Shown here: positions 13,339 to 26,149 of the stretch, piece after piece | Position numbering within the stretch: position 1 is the stretch's first letter | How the letters are laid out: each line of letters opens with the position of its first letter | NCBI GenBank assembly: GCA_008632985.1 | Contig: QPGO01000005.1 | Span: 372,001 to 436,000 of the forward strand | Length of the DNA: 64,000 bases | Source: Psammoneis japonica | Taxonomy: Eukaryota | Direction of reading: 5' to 3' | Notes under the pieces: generated by a model | What the model saw: only the letters and a program-made list of their open reading frames with translations | Database searches by the model: none | Told to the model about the DNA's origin: nothing | Program-made: the position numbers and the translations under genes

Positions 13339-16300
13339 TCAGAGATGAGGCTCCAATTGGTCAAGATCAGCCAGCCACAAGGCTTCAGGAGAGGTTCGCT
13401 GCACGGCGACGAGGTCGGTCTCCGTCTTCTCGGCTTCACGGTGCAACCCTTGAATCTTATCTTTGGTTAAAGAGGCCAAGGGCATATTGAGCAAATAATC
13501 ATATCCCTTTGTCGCGGCAATCTCTGGCGCCAGTACCGCGCCATCGTCAGAATCTCTACTCCGTCGGCGCCGCAAAACTGCATTGTCGTTTCTGACTTCT
13601 CTCAATTTATCCATGGTAGGAAAAGACAGATTCTGTAATGAAGCTATGGTTTCCTCTCTTGTCTTGTTGCCTCGCACCAGATCTATGCGCCCTTCTGTGA
13701 CCTCAGAAATAAATCGTGCCTTGCTCTTCAACATGGTGGCATTGTAGTTCATTTCACTTTCAAGAACGGACTTGCGATCGTGGTAGAGAGCCAGCCTTGT
13801 AGGAAAGTAAGCATCGGCAATATCACTGGCAGACTCGAATTTCTGGATTGAATTCTCAGAATTGAAGGCGTTCATATTAGAAATTGGCAAGCTTGAGTCT
13901 AGCTTGAACTTCCTGTAGAATCCCGATGATTTCACCATTCGAGCTAGCGCCGCAGAATTCATTGTGACAGTAAATGAGACTGAAGTTGTAGTATGATCTT
14001 CCACAAACGACTTGATCTCACCCTTGCCGCACATGCGCAAGAGATGTGCCTTGTAATCGTTGGTCCATTTTCCAACAGGGAGCTCGGTGATTCTAAGTTG
14101 CGTTTTTGAGATGGGCTCGGCTTTCCCTGTGCTAACGTAACCGCTTCCGTCGTCCTTGGCATCAATGGTGCCTTGAAAACCTCGTACCCAAGGAGATATG
14201 AGCGGCAAATCATGCTCCCGTCGTCCATCTAGCTTGGCACGGATGTATGACAAGACGTCGTGTGGATCATGCGGAGGAATGAATGTACTCCATCCCGTGC
14301 CGATACCTTGGCTGCCGTTTATAAGTAGAAGTGGGATTATCGGGCAATAGAACTCAGGTTCGATTACCTGGCCGTCGTCTTCCCTGAAAGTCAGAATGGA
14401 ATCGTCGGCTTCCGGAAAGAGGTAGCGGGCCACTGGAGATAGACACGTGAAAATATATCGTGGTGATGCGGCGTCCTTTCCACCTGTAAATCGCGTACCA
14501 AACTGACCCGACGGTTCCAAAAGGTTGATGTTGTTTGACCCTACAAAGTCCTGAGCCATGCCAATAACTATAGCAAAATGCGAGCGGCGTTAGAGGGCTA
14601 CAAGGCACAAAACTACGCGATGTTGGTTCTACAACTTACTGGTCGTTTGAAGGGAAGCTTCCCCGTGGTGGTACGCTGTATGTTCTGCACAGTAACCAGT
14701 CAGTTGCGCGACTTTTATTTCGGATTTGAGATTTCGCTTGAAGCAAGCATAAAGAACCTTGCGCTGTGAAGGCTTGAGGCCATCGATGACACTAGGTAGA
14801 CTGCGAATGTTGTCTGCATTGGAAAAGTGAATCATTTCATGGTTGACAAAGTCTTCGAAAGTTGTGGCGTTGTTTGAGTCAGTCGAGACGGTTGCCTCCT
14901 TGTCATATTCATTCAAAATCCAATCACGACGGTCAGCCGCGCGCTTCTTGTCAAACGCCATGTCCAATAGCTCTCCATCAGTCTCAGAATTCCAACGAAA
15001 AGGCCTGTGGTGATGTTCAAAGGCTTTGAAGTACTCTTTCGCCTCTGCCGGTGTGCTCGTACCGAGACCCTTGTAGTACTTTATGCTCCATTTCTTGGTT
15101 TCCCCTTCTTCGAGCGAGGAACGCCATTCGTCATATTCCGCCATCGAATAGAAGGAAACTGTTTTCTTGGTGCCCTTTTTGGTTGCCTTGAGGAGAGGCG
15201 TAACAAAAGACGAAAGAAAAGGCTTCTCTTGAAGGTTGTCTACAGGTGGTTTCAGCAGTTTCGGCCAGAAGTGGCGAAAGAAATTCATTACAAGACCCTT
15301 TATGTGCGATCCATCCGTGTCTTGATCTGTCATGAGCATCACTCGTCCGTATCGTAGCCGGGATCGTTCAGTTTGTGTCTCGTACTCCACATCAAAGTCT
15401 AATCCGAGAATTGAGCACAAAGCCTTGACTTCAGCATTGCCCGTCAGCTGCGCGACGGATGCATCGCGTACATTAAGAAATTTACCTCGCAACGGAAAGA
15501 CTCCGTAATGGTTCCGCCCGATCACCTCCAATCCAGCCACTGCCAATGCCTTGGCTGAATCTCCCTCTGTGAGAATCAACGTACAGTCACATCCAGTCGC
15601 TGTTCCCGCTTCATGTGCATCTTCAAGCTTGGGAATTGACAAAAGCTGACGTCTCGTCTTTTTACCCCCGCCCACTTCTTTCAGAAGGTTTGCTTGCTGG
15701 CGACCTTGTGCTACTCGTACAACCTCCTCGACTATTCCAGGTCCGCCATCTTCTTGGTCAACGACAAGCTCCTTCAGGAACTTTTCAGGAAATGTGTAAT
15801 TTGTTCCATAACTCGTTGGGTTCGAAGTCAAAGACTCCTTCATTTGTGAATCAAAGGTTGGATTTTCAATGAGCGTGTTGCACGCCACAAACAAGTTCCG
15901 TCGAATCAATCCCATGCTCACGGTGTCTGCCAAATCCGGGTACAACTTGGCCACCCGTTGCGCTATTCTTTTTGTGACTTGCTGCACAATAACATTGACA
16001 TGAGTCCCTCCCCTGGGAGTGGCCATGCCGTTTACAAACGACACAGATTCAAAGGATCCATCGCGTGACAATCCTACACCAACATGCCAACGAGAATTTA
16101 ATCTGTTAAAACACATTGGTGGAGTGTTTTCGTCATCCGATTTGCGATACATGTTTGCATAGTCTTCAAACCCAGTCATTGAGACGTCCTGGCCATTAAG
16201 AGTGACTATAAGCTTCCCGTCGGCACAGCCTGCAATATCCAAGACGCGGCGACGCATGATAGCATAATCCTGCGGGGATATGCACGCGGCGTTCGGATCA

Positions 16301-17151
16301 CTTGTGAGTTTCGGCAAATCTGGACAAAAAGTAACACATGTATAATCTGATTCTCCCTCCTTGAGCGGTGTGATTTCGGGTTCCGAGCAAAACGACATGT
16401 TGTCACTCCATGTTTGGCGGTATCTCAACCCCTTACGTGAGTCTGCAGTCTCAACTGAGAACGATTTCGAGAAAATGTTGCTAAGCTTGGCTCCATAGCC
16501 ATGTCGTCCACCCGTGACACGCTTGGCTTCATCATCAAAGTTCGAACCAGTCAGTAAGTGTCCAAAGAGCATTTCTGGAACATAGAGGTTTTCTTTCCGA
16601 TGCACTTGTACTGGGATACCCTTGCCATCGTTGAAAATACTAATTGATGGCTCTCGCACCCCGTCTTCTCCAGGATCAATAATGACATCTATTCGGCTGG
16701 CAGACTTTGGATGTCGCAGTCTGTTATCTGAAGCATTTACTAGAATTTCGTCAAAGATTTTGATCAAGGCAGGGACAAGACCGTATTCTTTCTGAACCAT
16801 GTGCCAGCGACCGCCTGGCGAGGGGTCTTGATCTAACACCCAGCACGATGTCGGCGGTAAGCGTTCAACCGGGCCCACGTACATACCGGGTCTTAGCAAT
16901 ACATGTTCTAGCGGAGTCTTTCGACTGTACTGCTGTTCCACTGTCGGTTCGTCAGCTATGGCCGAGATTGCGTCATCTGTAGGGTGAGTTGCGGCCGAGG
17001 TGCTGAACCACGTTGTAGGACAATACTTGTTGATTTTGAGTGAGTGAAGACGCGTTTGATCTCTTGGTCCTCTCCATCTTGAATGGATTATGCGAATGTG
17101 GCACGGAGACGGTCTTAAGCGCGGCGCTGATGTCGACAAGCGACGCAACAT
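13339..17151 (-). CDS. TOP2: Type IIA DNA topoisomerase (eukaryotic TOP2 type), probably organelle-targeted; intron 14568-14639
   Basis: EHVLLRPGMYVG, FDEILVNASDN, GGRHGYGAKL, LILTEGDSA, FPLRGK, MTDQDTDGSHIKGL, KYYKGLGTS, DGLKPSQRK, YHHGE, SPRYIF. Confidence 0.97.
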
Positions 17152-17814
17152 CGTCGGCTGTCTCTGGATTTGAGATTGAGCTCAAAATAAAAGGAAGGAG
17201 AAAAGGAGCGCGCCGCGTGTGCGACGTGAGCTCCTATCCTTAGGCCCTACTTTTGCCAGTGAGGGAGCGCGCGAGAAATTTCAAATTTCAGTAGGATGTA
17301 CGTCAATTGTCATACTAAAAATATATCCGATGATGGCAAATTTTTCTATACATATTCTTACATATCCATATATGACTTTTTCAAATAGAAAAATGTCCGA
17401 TTCGGTCATGCCAATTTCTTGTACGACGTACGTATGAAGATACTACTAGAACTCGAAAGTCATTCCACGTCGTAGTCATGATGACCCATGGCTAATCTAC
17501 TTTTTATCATGCAGCGGTACTGGCATTCACAACGAGGCATTAGTACATAAAAGTCTGTGTTAATGACTCTTTGGGACTGCGTACAATTTCACCAGAAACG
17601 TCTCCTCCGCACATTCTTTTCGATGACCACTTTATTTGCAAAACTCCAGTGGCAACAAACGAGGACACAAATCGGACGCAAGAGGGATTAATTCACCACG
17701 TTTCACGATCACGCACTCAGACTTTGCTGTTGCCGCAGAGTCAATCCCACAAATTTCTTTCCACATAAGGCATTTGGAAGCATCAAATAATACGGGAAAC
17801 GAAAACACTCGATC

Positions 17815-20500
17815 ATGGGAAAGGTGAAGCTTATGAGATTTCGTTCGGACAAAACCCATGTCCATGATGGAGAACAGGCTACCGATCAAGCCTCTACCAG
17901 TAACGATGATACACGTCAGAGCATTTCCACGAACGACTCGAAACGTTCGTTCAAAAGCCTTGCGATGGAGAAGAATGCTTCAGAAAGCAGCCTCTCCCCC
18001 GACTCTGTCAAGACATCCAACACCGCATCCACAAGCTTGTCAAGCCGCTCCCTAAATTCTCCGGAGCTTGAATCACCTCGCACGTTACCTGTGCCAACGA
18101 TTCTAGAAGCATCAGAGTCATCTTTATCTTGGGACCCGCCGTTTCCCTTTCCCTCGGAGAAAGCGACCTCTGAGCTCAACAGGCCCAAGTCGCATTCTCG
18201 CGGTAGGTCTTCAAAGAAATCAAAGATGAAAAGATCGGCTTCAGCCAAAAGAAGCCGTGAGAGCTCGACGAGCCTTCGTCGGTATGGATCAGACGGAGAA
18301 GACTCACTCAAGAGGTCAACGCGACCAACGAGGTTTCATGACTGTCTCGTCACCCTTGACTATGCACCGACAAATCCATTGAAGATGGTGATTGTCAATG
18401 GGAATACGGACAAGATCAAGAACGCTGGTGGGACAAAATCGGCGGTCCCTATATACGTATCCGCTGATTGTAGTGGCAAGTCTTACCGATGTATTTGCGG
18501 ACGTGGAGACGAATGCACCGGAATAGCTGCTGCCTTTCACATTCTGGATGACCCGCGTGGGGCTTATACGAAACTTCCAAAGTTACAGAGGGAAAAAAAG
18601 AATCACTTTAAAACATCCATGAATCGCCTTCGATCCCTCTTACTTCAGAGTCTTGTCCCTTCTGACCAAATCGAAGACTTCGATGAAGAGTCTCGCGGAA
18701 AGAGGAGGTACATTGCCAACCACCACTTCCATCCAGAACTTGTCGCTTGGGCTGCCGACAAGACGCATTGTGACATACCCATGTTTATTTCAGAGGAGGA
18801 AATGACGAAGTTGCAGGTGTCAATGACGGATGAGTGCATCGTCACAGACAAAGAAGGCAAAGTCACAAATCAGTACTACGTGTTGGCCAACTATGACCGA
18901 GAGCAAACCAAGAAGGATTTGAAACGAACCCTCGCAGCATCAGTCACGAGACTCCGTCCAAATGACAAGAAACTCATCAAACGAATGAGTAGCAGGAAAG
19001 TGGTAAAGCTGTCTAGAGACGACAAGCGATTGATCAAAAAGATGAGCAGCAGGAAACTGATGAGCGTCATCAGCGACGACCAACATGAACTCGACATCAT
19101 GACGAATCAATCCTGCGACTCAACCACGATGGGGAATTCACTAGACAAGTTGATCGAGGCAAGAACAGAAGTCTCTCGACAAAAACTAGCAACGGAGGCT
19201 ACCGGGGAAGAATCTGCCGAGGGCCCGTCAAGTCGACCCTCTTCTCGAGAACGCGGGTCCGAGCAGGAGAGCAAGAATCTTGGTAAAGGCACTGAAAACC
19301 AACATGAGCGTCGAAAGGATAAGCGTGATTCTACGAAAAAGTCGGAGCGGCCCTCGTTCAATCTAAATGATGCCAGAGAAAGAAAGGATAACCAAGATAC
19401 TTCTCCTACCTCTACCCCGCGACCGTCGCTCGTTTTGGAGAACTCCTTCAAAAAGACACTGGGCTGCTCCATGCAAGACCTTCTGAAAGATAACAGCAGC
19501 AGAAGTCAGGGGTCATCGGCATCAAATTTTGTTCCTAGCTTTCCTTCCGGCGAAAGCACTCAAGAAAACGTGGTAGTTACGAATGAGACGAGGCTATCCG
19601 GTGATATAGGAGTGGCAATGCCACCCAGACCGGCGTTCCTCGATTTAGATCAGAACGAAAAAGATGTTCTACATTCCAAAGTGTCAGCGTTTGAGTCTCG
19701 ACGCCGGTCGGTTTTTAGCGTGAAGATGATGTCAACTAGCCTTCGATGGCGCTCCGCCTTGATAGAACTTGAAAATGGTTTGGACCAAACGACATCTGCT
19801 GAACACTGGGTGCACGAGGCTTCCCAAGCCACTCACAATGTGGTTCATGATGCAATTCTGGAAAGCGAAGGTACTGGGCAAACGAGGCTTGACGCCTCAG
19901 TTGGAGATGCCTCTCAAGCTTCAGTACCAGTTTTTTCCGGTTACGTTTCTTCTTGCATTGCAGATGAGCTTACTCGTACCAGACCGCAGCTGGAAGCCGG
20001 AGTGAATAATTTGGAAAGAACAGGACAAGCAATCATTGAAGAATTGGAGGCAGCTGAAGTTCGAGTGATTCAGGCGTGGGGTAAGTATTGAAGCTGTCTG
20101 AGGAGATGGTGATAGACATTGTGCCGCGGTCGGTCTCACAGATGTTGTCTATCCCTTTCATTACAATTCAGATGCATATGATATCTCTGCCCGCTCTTTC
20201 CCGAAAAAGCACAATGCGATATCTGAAAAGTCCGAAGCGCCTTCTACGGATCTTTGGGCTGTGCAAATGCGGTACCGCGCAGCGGTCGCCAACCAGCCAT
20301 TGGCATGGAAAATGGCTTCCGGGAAACTCACAAGCCTCTTCGATTCCGCGAAGAAAGCAGAGAAGGAACGACGCGATTGGTTGCGAGGCCTTCTAGTGGA
20401 AGTCTTGTCACGGACTCCGGAGAATTCTGCAAGTCAAGAGTCAATCAACAAGATTCAAGGTATCATTCAGGAGATTGACAACGACAGTACCCAAGAATAG
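17815..20500 (+). CDS. Uncharacterised protein with Cys/His motif (CICGRGDEC...HHFHPE) and C-terminal BAR-like coiled coil; paralog of 43763-46780 lacking the PH domain
   Basis: 758-aa ORF, intron 20081-20171, final exon DLWAVQMRYRAAVANQ...; shares motifs and intron position with the 43.7 kb gene. Confidence 0.75.
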
Positions 20501-20919
20501 GGAACGATGCGGCGACGCAAGCAACTACATTATCCATGGCCGTTTCTTTTGATAGGTAAGGTGTCGTATCACGGTCACGAACGGTTGGTATTATGATTAT
20601 GATATTGTTACCATGCAAATCAATCCATTTTAAATATGAACTGCTTAGTAAAACATGTATGCATACGAAAATACAGCCTTAATGGAACTGTTGTAGAGGT
20701 AGGAGAGACATAGTCGGCATGATTTCGGAACTGTGCTCAAATGACTGAGTCTGAGCCACGCTAGTCGGTGAAGAATGGTGTGTGTACCCTTGGTCAGGAG
20801 TTCTGCCTCCATCGCAATGATGGTTGAGCCAAACTCCGTCATTCGCAAGACATTTTTGCCGGGGACGAACAACACCTTCAAACAGTTTCCGCGTTTAACC
20901 GACTAGTCCCTCCTTAGCC

Positions 20920-21682
20920 TCACGTATTCAGCTGGGGCAAGTCAGACAAAGTCTTGGCTTGACCCGGCCTCATTGATCTCTTACCCCTGCGTCCGCCGCT
21001 TGGGCCTGATTTCTTTGCCTTTTCTTCCAAGGCCGAACGCAACTCCTGTGATTCATCCTTATTCTGTATAGCAGCAAAAGTAAGTTCAAGAAACGTTCAG
21101 ATATCATATAAGCAGTGCAATTTCGGTTTTTATTCATATGTGGAAAGCGGCATCAGCAACGAAACACCGCGTGCGGAGCTTGGGTACGATTATACTGAAA
21201 CATACCTCTTTCAAGTAATCCAAATTGAAGAGAGATCCAAAGTACCCCTTTGTCATTGCAATCAGTGTGAAGGGATTCAAAGATGCGCGAATGATGTAAG
21301 GAACACGAAGCAGTTTTAGAATGCTCGTGTTGCTCTTCTTTTCGTTTTTGATAATTTCACATTGACGGCTTCTTTCGCTTTGGAAGTCTTTTTCGCTCTC
21401 GCTTTCTGGCTCGCCTTTATCGCAGACGCCGCCAATTTTTCTTCTTCTCGTCCTCCTCTTCTTCATAATCATATTCATCATCGTATTCTTCCTCTTCGCC
21501 AAGAACATCCGCAGAGCCACCACGAAGAAAAACCCAAGAAGGAGAGTTCCGTACAAACGCGACATTACGAAATTGGGCAGAAGATGATTTATTACGACTC
21601 CTCCAAAGTCCGCCTCTGCGATGATAAGAATGATCGCCGCCACCAATGCAGCGAAGCCCGGTATACATCGTTGACCCGTCAT
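20920..21682 (-). CDS. Conserved-looking signal-peptide protein (LRGG motif, acidic tract, C-terminal KTLSDLPQLN); three 1-bp frameshifts in exon 1 as assembled
   Basis: MTGQRCIPGFAALVAAIILIIAEA..., FLRGGSADVLGEEEEYDDEYDY, KLAASAIKASQKARAKK and RVPYIIRASLNPF lie in successive frames. Intron 21064-21205; stop at 20920. Confidence 0.65.
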
Positions 21683-21997
21683 GGTCAATCGAGAATTCAC
21701 TGTTCACTGTGGTCAAGGGTCAGAGGTCAGAAGTTGGAAGTCGCATCGCACGTTGCGCGCCTCGTGGAACTTTTGCATGCGAGTGCGCGACATTTTTTTG
21801 CGTTTTCTACGGTTACGGTAAAATGTACGTAGGAATTAGTAATAATTTGGAAAGTACCGAGTTCCCACGAATCTTTCACATACGAAATCATGGTAGTAAT
21901 TCTACGAATATACACAAAAAAAATGACAGTGATTGAGAAATTTAGCAACGGTCACGACACAAACAAAATCCGAAAATTCGCGCTCGTTTTTCGCTCA

Positions 21998-22292
21998 CAA
22001 CTGTCGTCTCGCACCATGTGTTTGTTGTTTGCCAAGCCAGAAGCCGTAATCTCCGAGGATGGCTCGCCCTTCCTCTGGATTGAGAGCTCGCTCTTGTTTG
22101 GCATTCCACAACTCATTTTGCTTGATGGTGCGTTGTCTCTCTTTTTCAACTCGTCGTCTCGCACGATGTGTTTGTTGTTCGCCAAGCCGGGGTGCCGCAA
22201 TGCCCAAGGATGGCTCGCCCTTCCTCTGGCTCTAATTGCCTGCTCTTGTTTGGTGTTCCACAACTCATTTTGCTTGATGGTGTGTTGTCTCA
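21998..22292. repeat. Tandem duplication, two copies of about 150 bp
   Basis: gtcgtctcgcac(c/g)atgtgtttgttgtt(t/c)gccaagcc...ggatggctcgcccttcctctgg...ttccacaactcattttgcttgatggtg at about 21998 and 22147. Confidence 0.9.
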
Positions 22293-22829
22293 AATGGCAG
22301 CGCAGGTGTTGCCAGCCAAGTCCGGAGGTCGGGGCAAATCGAATGCGTGTCTCCGGCCTTGAGTCCATGTCACTCTCGTGTCTTTGACCGCAGGAAGTTG
22401 CCTGTTCACTTGACCCGTCAGGTCACGGTTGTTGAAACAGACAGCAGCGTTCATCTGCGAAGCAGCAAGAGCTCGCCAAGCAGATCATGCCATTGACGGA
22501 ACGCGGGTTTGGGGTTCCGTCGCATCAGCATGACATGATGCGGCAAGTCTTCACTCGCAGGGAGTGTTGATTTAGAACGCGGTTGACTCGCAAGTTTTCT
22601 TGTTGTCTCCGTAGCACGTCCCCCCTTTTACATTCTTGTGTGTGACATTTTTCACTCTGAAGATGCGCAAAAGCTTGAGCTCCATCTTTTGATGGCGCTC
22701 TTGAGGCAACGTTGTCCTGCGCGACCGATTTCTGTCAACTTTTGACATTGACGTGTTTCAAACATTTGAAACACACTTTGAACCTTTGACACAGAAGCAG
22801 AAAGACTAAAAGCACCAGACAGCGTTCCT

Positions 22830-23110
22830 CATTTGCGTGCAAGTTGTTCCGCATGCAAGTCAATTGACTGTGATGACGGTCGCAGCGCTTGCATTGTTGT
22901 TGCGCAATTTGATGTCATCATTTCTGCATTTGCACCACACCGCTCTCTTTTTTCAGATGGGGTCCACGATGGGGTGTTTGTTGCAGTGTGCCCCAAGATG
23001 ACATTCAATGTGTGCTGGACCATTTCGTCACTGATCGCCTGCATGTTTTTAATGGATTCGTCGTGTTCTGCCAAACGGGCGGAGCAACAGAAGAATGTCA
23101 ATTCTAAAGT
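22830..23110 (-). mobile_element. Possible Mutator/MULE transposase remnant
   Basis: W...RERCG...MMTSNCATTMQALR resembles the MULE W...RYG...TSNxAExxN segment once Y->C is allowed. Short and degraded. Confidence 0.3.
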
Positions 23111-23429
23111 GGCTAGCTGGAACACTCTCCGAAAGGTTCTAAATTCGTGAGCTCATTTGTCTGACATTTGTCCTCTTTCTGAGGTGAAGAATCACCTGGC
23201 TGTGTGATGTTGTGTGCCTCCTTCAGCTGCACAACAAGTCTCCAATCAGATCCTCGAGCTTGTCTTCCAAGTTGGCCTTGAGCACGTCGACATGCACACG
23301 TCAGGGTCCACTGGAGGCTGTGAGATGAATGAAATTGATGACCGCATTGAATGTCGGGTTTTTCTTCATTCACAATCTTGAGGCCACAGACGATTCCTCG
23401 AGAGCGGTCTCTTGCTCCTTGCCATTGAC

Positions 23430-23900
23430 CTCCGTCAACGTGCAGTCCTCCCAAGGCAGGGATGCACAATTCCCAAGATGTTGGCCAAGAACAGCACAAA
23501 TTCAGATTTGGCAGCCATGCCCCCATCTGCACAAAGTTCTGAAACAGGAACTCCCGAGTCAGCGGCCGTGGTGCCACACACCTTGGAGCAATAAAATGCT
23601 GCCGCCTCTTTTGCTGCGCTTGCAACATTCGCCTTGGCATGACACCCGTGAGTCCAACAATCATTCCACGCGCACTCTCCTCCCATTGTGGAGCCAGCGA
23701 GCCAGCAAAGGCGGGGACAAACCACACCCCTCCATCGTCATTGGCTTAAGAAGCCAAATCTGCAATGTCTTTGGCGCTGTCACCGACCTGCAAGTTGTCG
23801 CGGAGCCATCCTACAATGGCCACAGAGCACCTCGAAGAGCAAAAATTGTTGGATCTGCCTTGATTTGGCAAAAAGGAGATGACAGGAGTCCACATTGTGA
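23430..23900 (-). pseudogene. Glycerol kinase (FGGY family) C-terminal fragment, frameshifted
   Basis: SVAIVGWLRDNLQV...DIADLA; WFVPAFAGSLAPQWEESARGMIVGLT; DSGVPVSELCADGGMAAKS...LANILG, spread over three frames. Confidence 0.85.
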
Positions 23901-26149
23901 AACATGAGGATTGTTCTGAGCACCCACATTCATCAAGAGAAAGGCCCCAGTTTGCATGCAATTCCAGAGACAGGACCAATCCTTCACTCAAATCATGCAT
24001 CCTTCAGCTCGCATGTGGTTGTCCAAACACACCCGAATCGGACGGTCGTTTGCGAATGTGCCCAATTGCAGAGCTTGCATCATTGCATGCATGGGAATGA
24101 GAACAGCAAAATTGAGCGTTTCGATGGCTTCGCCGACACAACAACAAGCCACGATTGTGCCGAGCACTGGATCTTCGCAAAAGAAATCGGCTTTGCCCAA
24201 CAAAGCCGCACCTGTGGATGAATCTTTCAGCAGGTCCAGCACATCCGAAGAAATTCAACTTCCTTGCTGCTTCAGAGGCAAATGACTCCAAGAATGGTGG
24301 TGCATGATTGTTTGCCGTCGGAATGATGTGACTCTGGAGAAAGCGATTGTCTTGGGACTCCATTCCCCACTCCCATTGTAAAGAGGTTTTGTTCTTTAAA
24401 TTCCCTTTCTTTCGATTGGGCATCTCTGTTATCGTCAATTCGTCAAAAATCAAGTCGAGCAGCAAAAAATCTAGAACCATGCGCTCAAGGATTGACGGGT
24501 TGCGTGTGTCGGCTAGAAAGGCTTGCCTGGCAAATCAACACGCGGCAGCTCTTCAATGTAGGCTAAAAGATTCACATGTCCCACTGCCGACGGGCACTCT
24601 GCTCTAACTCCCATAATCCATAAGAGCCGTAGACTGGATTGTCAATCAAGCTGTTGATGAACTGAAATGGAGTCTTCCAGACGTAGGCGAGACCAACAAG
24701 TGCATGGCAGGCTTTGATTTTCTCGGCGTTTCACCATACGATTCAGCCAAAATGTCAATTGATTTCTCTCTTCTACAGCTCGAAACGGCTCTTGCAGGCT
24801 GTGGCCATGGCATGTCACTGCAATGTCGATTTTAGTGAAGGAAGCACCTCGTGCCGTGGCCACGTTGAATGACATTCACGTTGGAACCAGGAAGAGCGAT
24901 GCCCGCTGAAAATTCATGAAACAAACGAGAAGCTGGTCGAATGTTTCGCTCCTCTCATGCATGCGCCAACAGTGGCAGCTTCCTCCTTGGGACGCAACAC
25001 GCAATTAGAAGGACATTCTTCTCCTGACGATGCAAGCAAGTTCAAGAATGTCTGCAGTGTCGCAATGAACAGGCTTGGGAAACAGCAGAGGCACTTGGTC
25101 TATCTGCATGGTGTTGTTGGCGATCATTTCAATCAACTCGGCAGCATTCAGCTGTCTTGGTGACTGCATTTACAACGGTGTCGTCTTTGTCATGTCTGAC
25201 ACCTCTCGATCAAAACACGCCCACGTCAGACAATTCAACAATGACAACGACAGGCACAGTCCATCCTGCTCCCGCCCACAAGAGCCGCGTTGACGATTTC
25301 GACACTTTGCCTCCCAGAGTTGGTCCTCTCCATGTTGCAAAATCTCTTCCTGCCAATCAACAGCGCTTTGTGCTTTGTGATTTACACCGGTGGGGCCCTC
25401 TGCTCTAGAGCTGGCTTGTAGAGAGCAGCAATTAGAGAGTCCATCTTGGGTCTCTGGTGTTGGACGGAAGAGGTGGGTCTGGGGAAAGGTGTGGCGGAAG
25501 AGTCGCGCGAAGTGTGCTGGGGGATGGAGAGAAAAAGGGTGGGCCGAGGGTGTGGACAGACGGTCGAGAGGAAGAGTTGGTGGGTGACAGTGGGATGGTG
25601 GAGGAGAAGGGCTTGATGCGCAGAAAGATGGGTGGAGAGGGCAAAGCGAAGTTGAGACTGAGGATTTGAGAGGCCCAGAGTGGAGGGGGGTTGAAGTTTG
25701 GCACGAGAAGCCGAAGCGGTCTTGAGAGAGCTGTTTCCACGCCACCACATTGGAGCTGGCAAGGAGGTCGGAGGGTGCAAGGAGTGAGTTGGTGAAGGCG
25801 GAGAAGGATCATGTTTGAGAGTTGGAAAAGGAAGAAGGACTTGTCCAGGGTGGTTCAGGAGGAAGGGGTGGGATGGAGGAGGGTGTTGTGGTGGAGGTGC
25901 CGAAAAAGAATGCGCGGAAATGGCAGCCGATCATGCCGCCACGGTGGTCGAAGACAAAAGGAAGAAGGAAGAGCCCGGCTTTGCTTCGGTCCCATTCATG
26001 AATCAATGCATCCAATCTTCCAATCTGATTTCCAAAAGCTCAAGCTGTGGTTGCACAGCACTGCGACAGTCGCCGTGGGTTTCTGCACACAAAACAGATG
26101 AAACCGTGAGCTGGGATTGCTCGCAAGACTCAGAGCATGAAGTTGTCCC

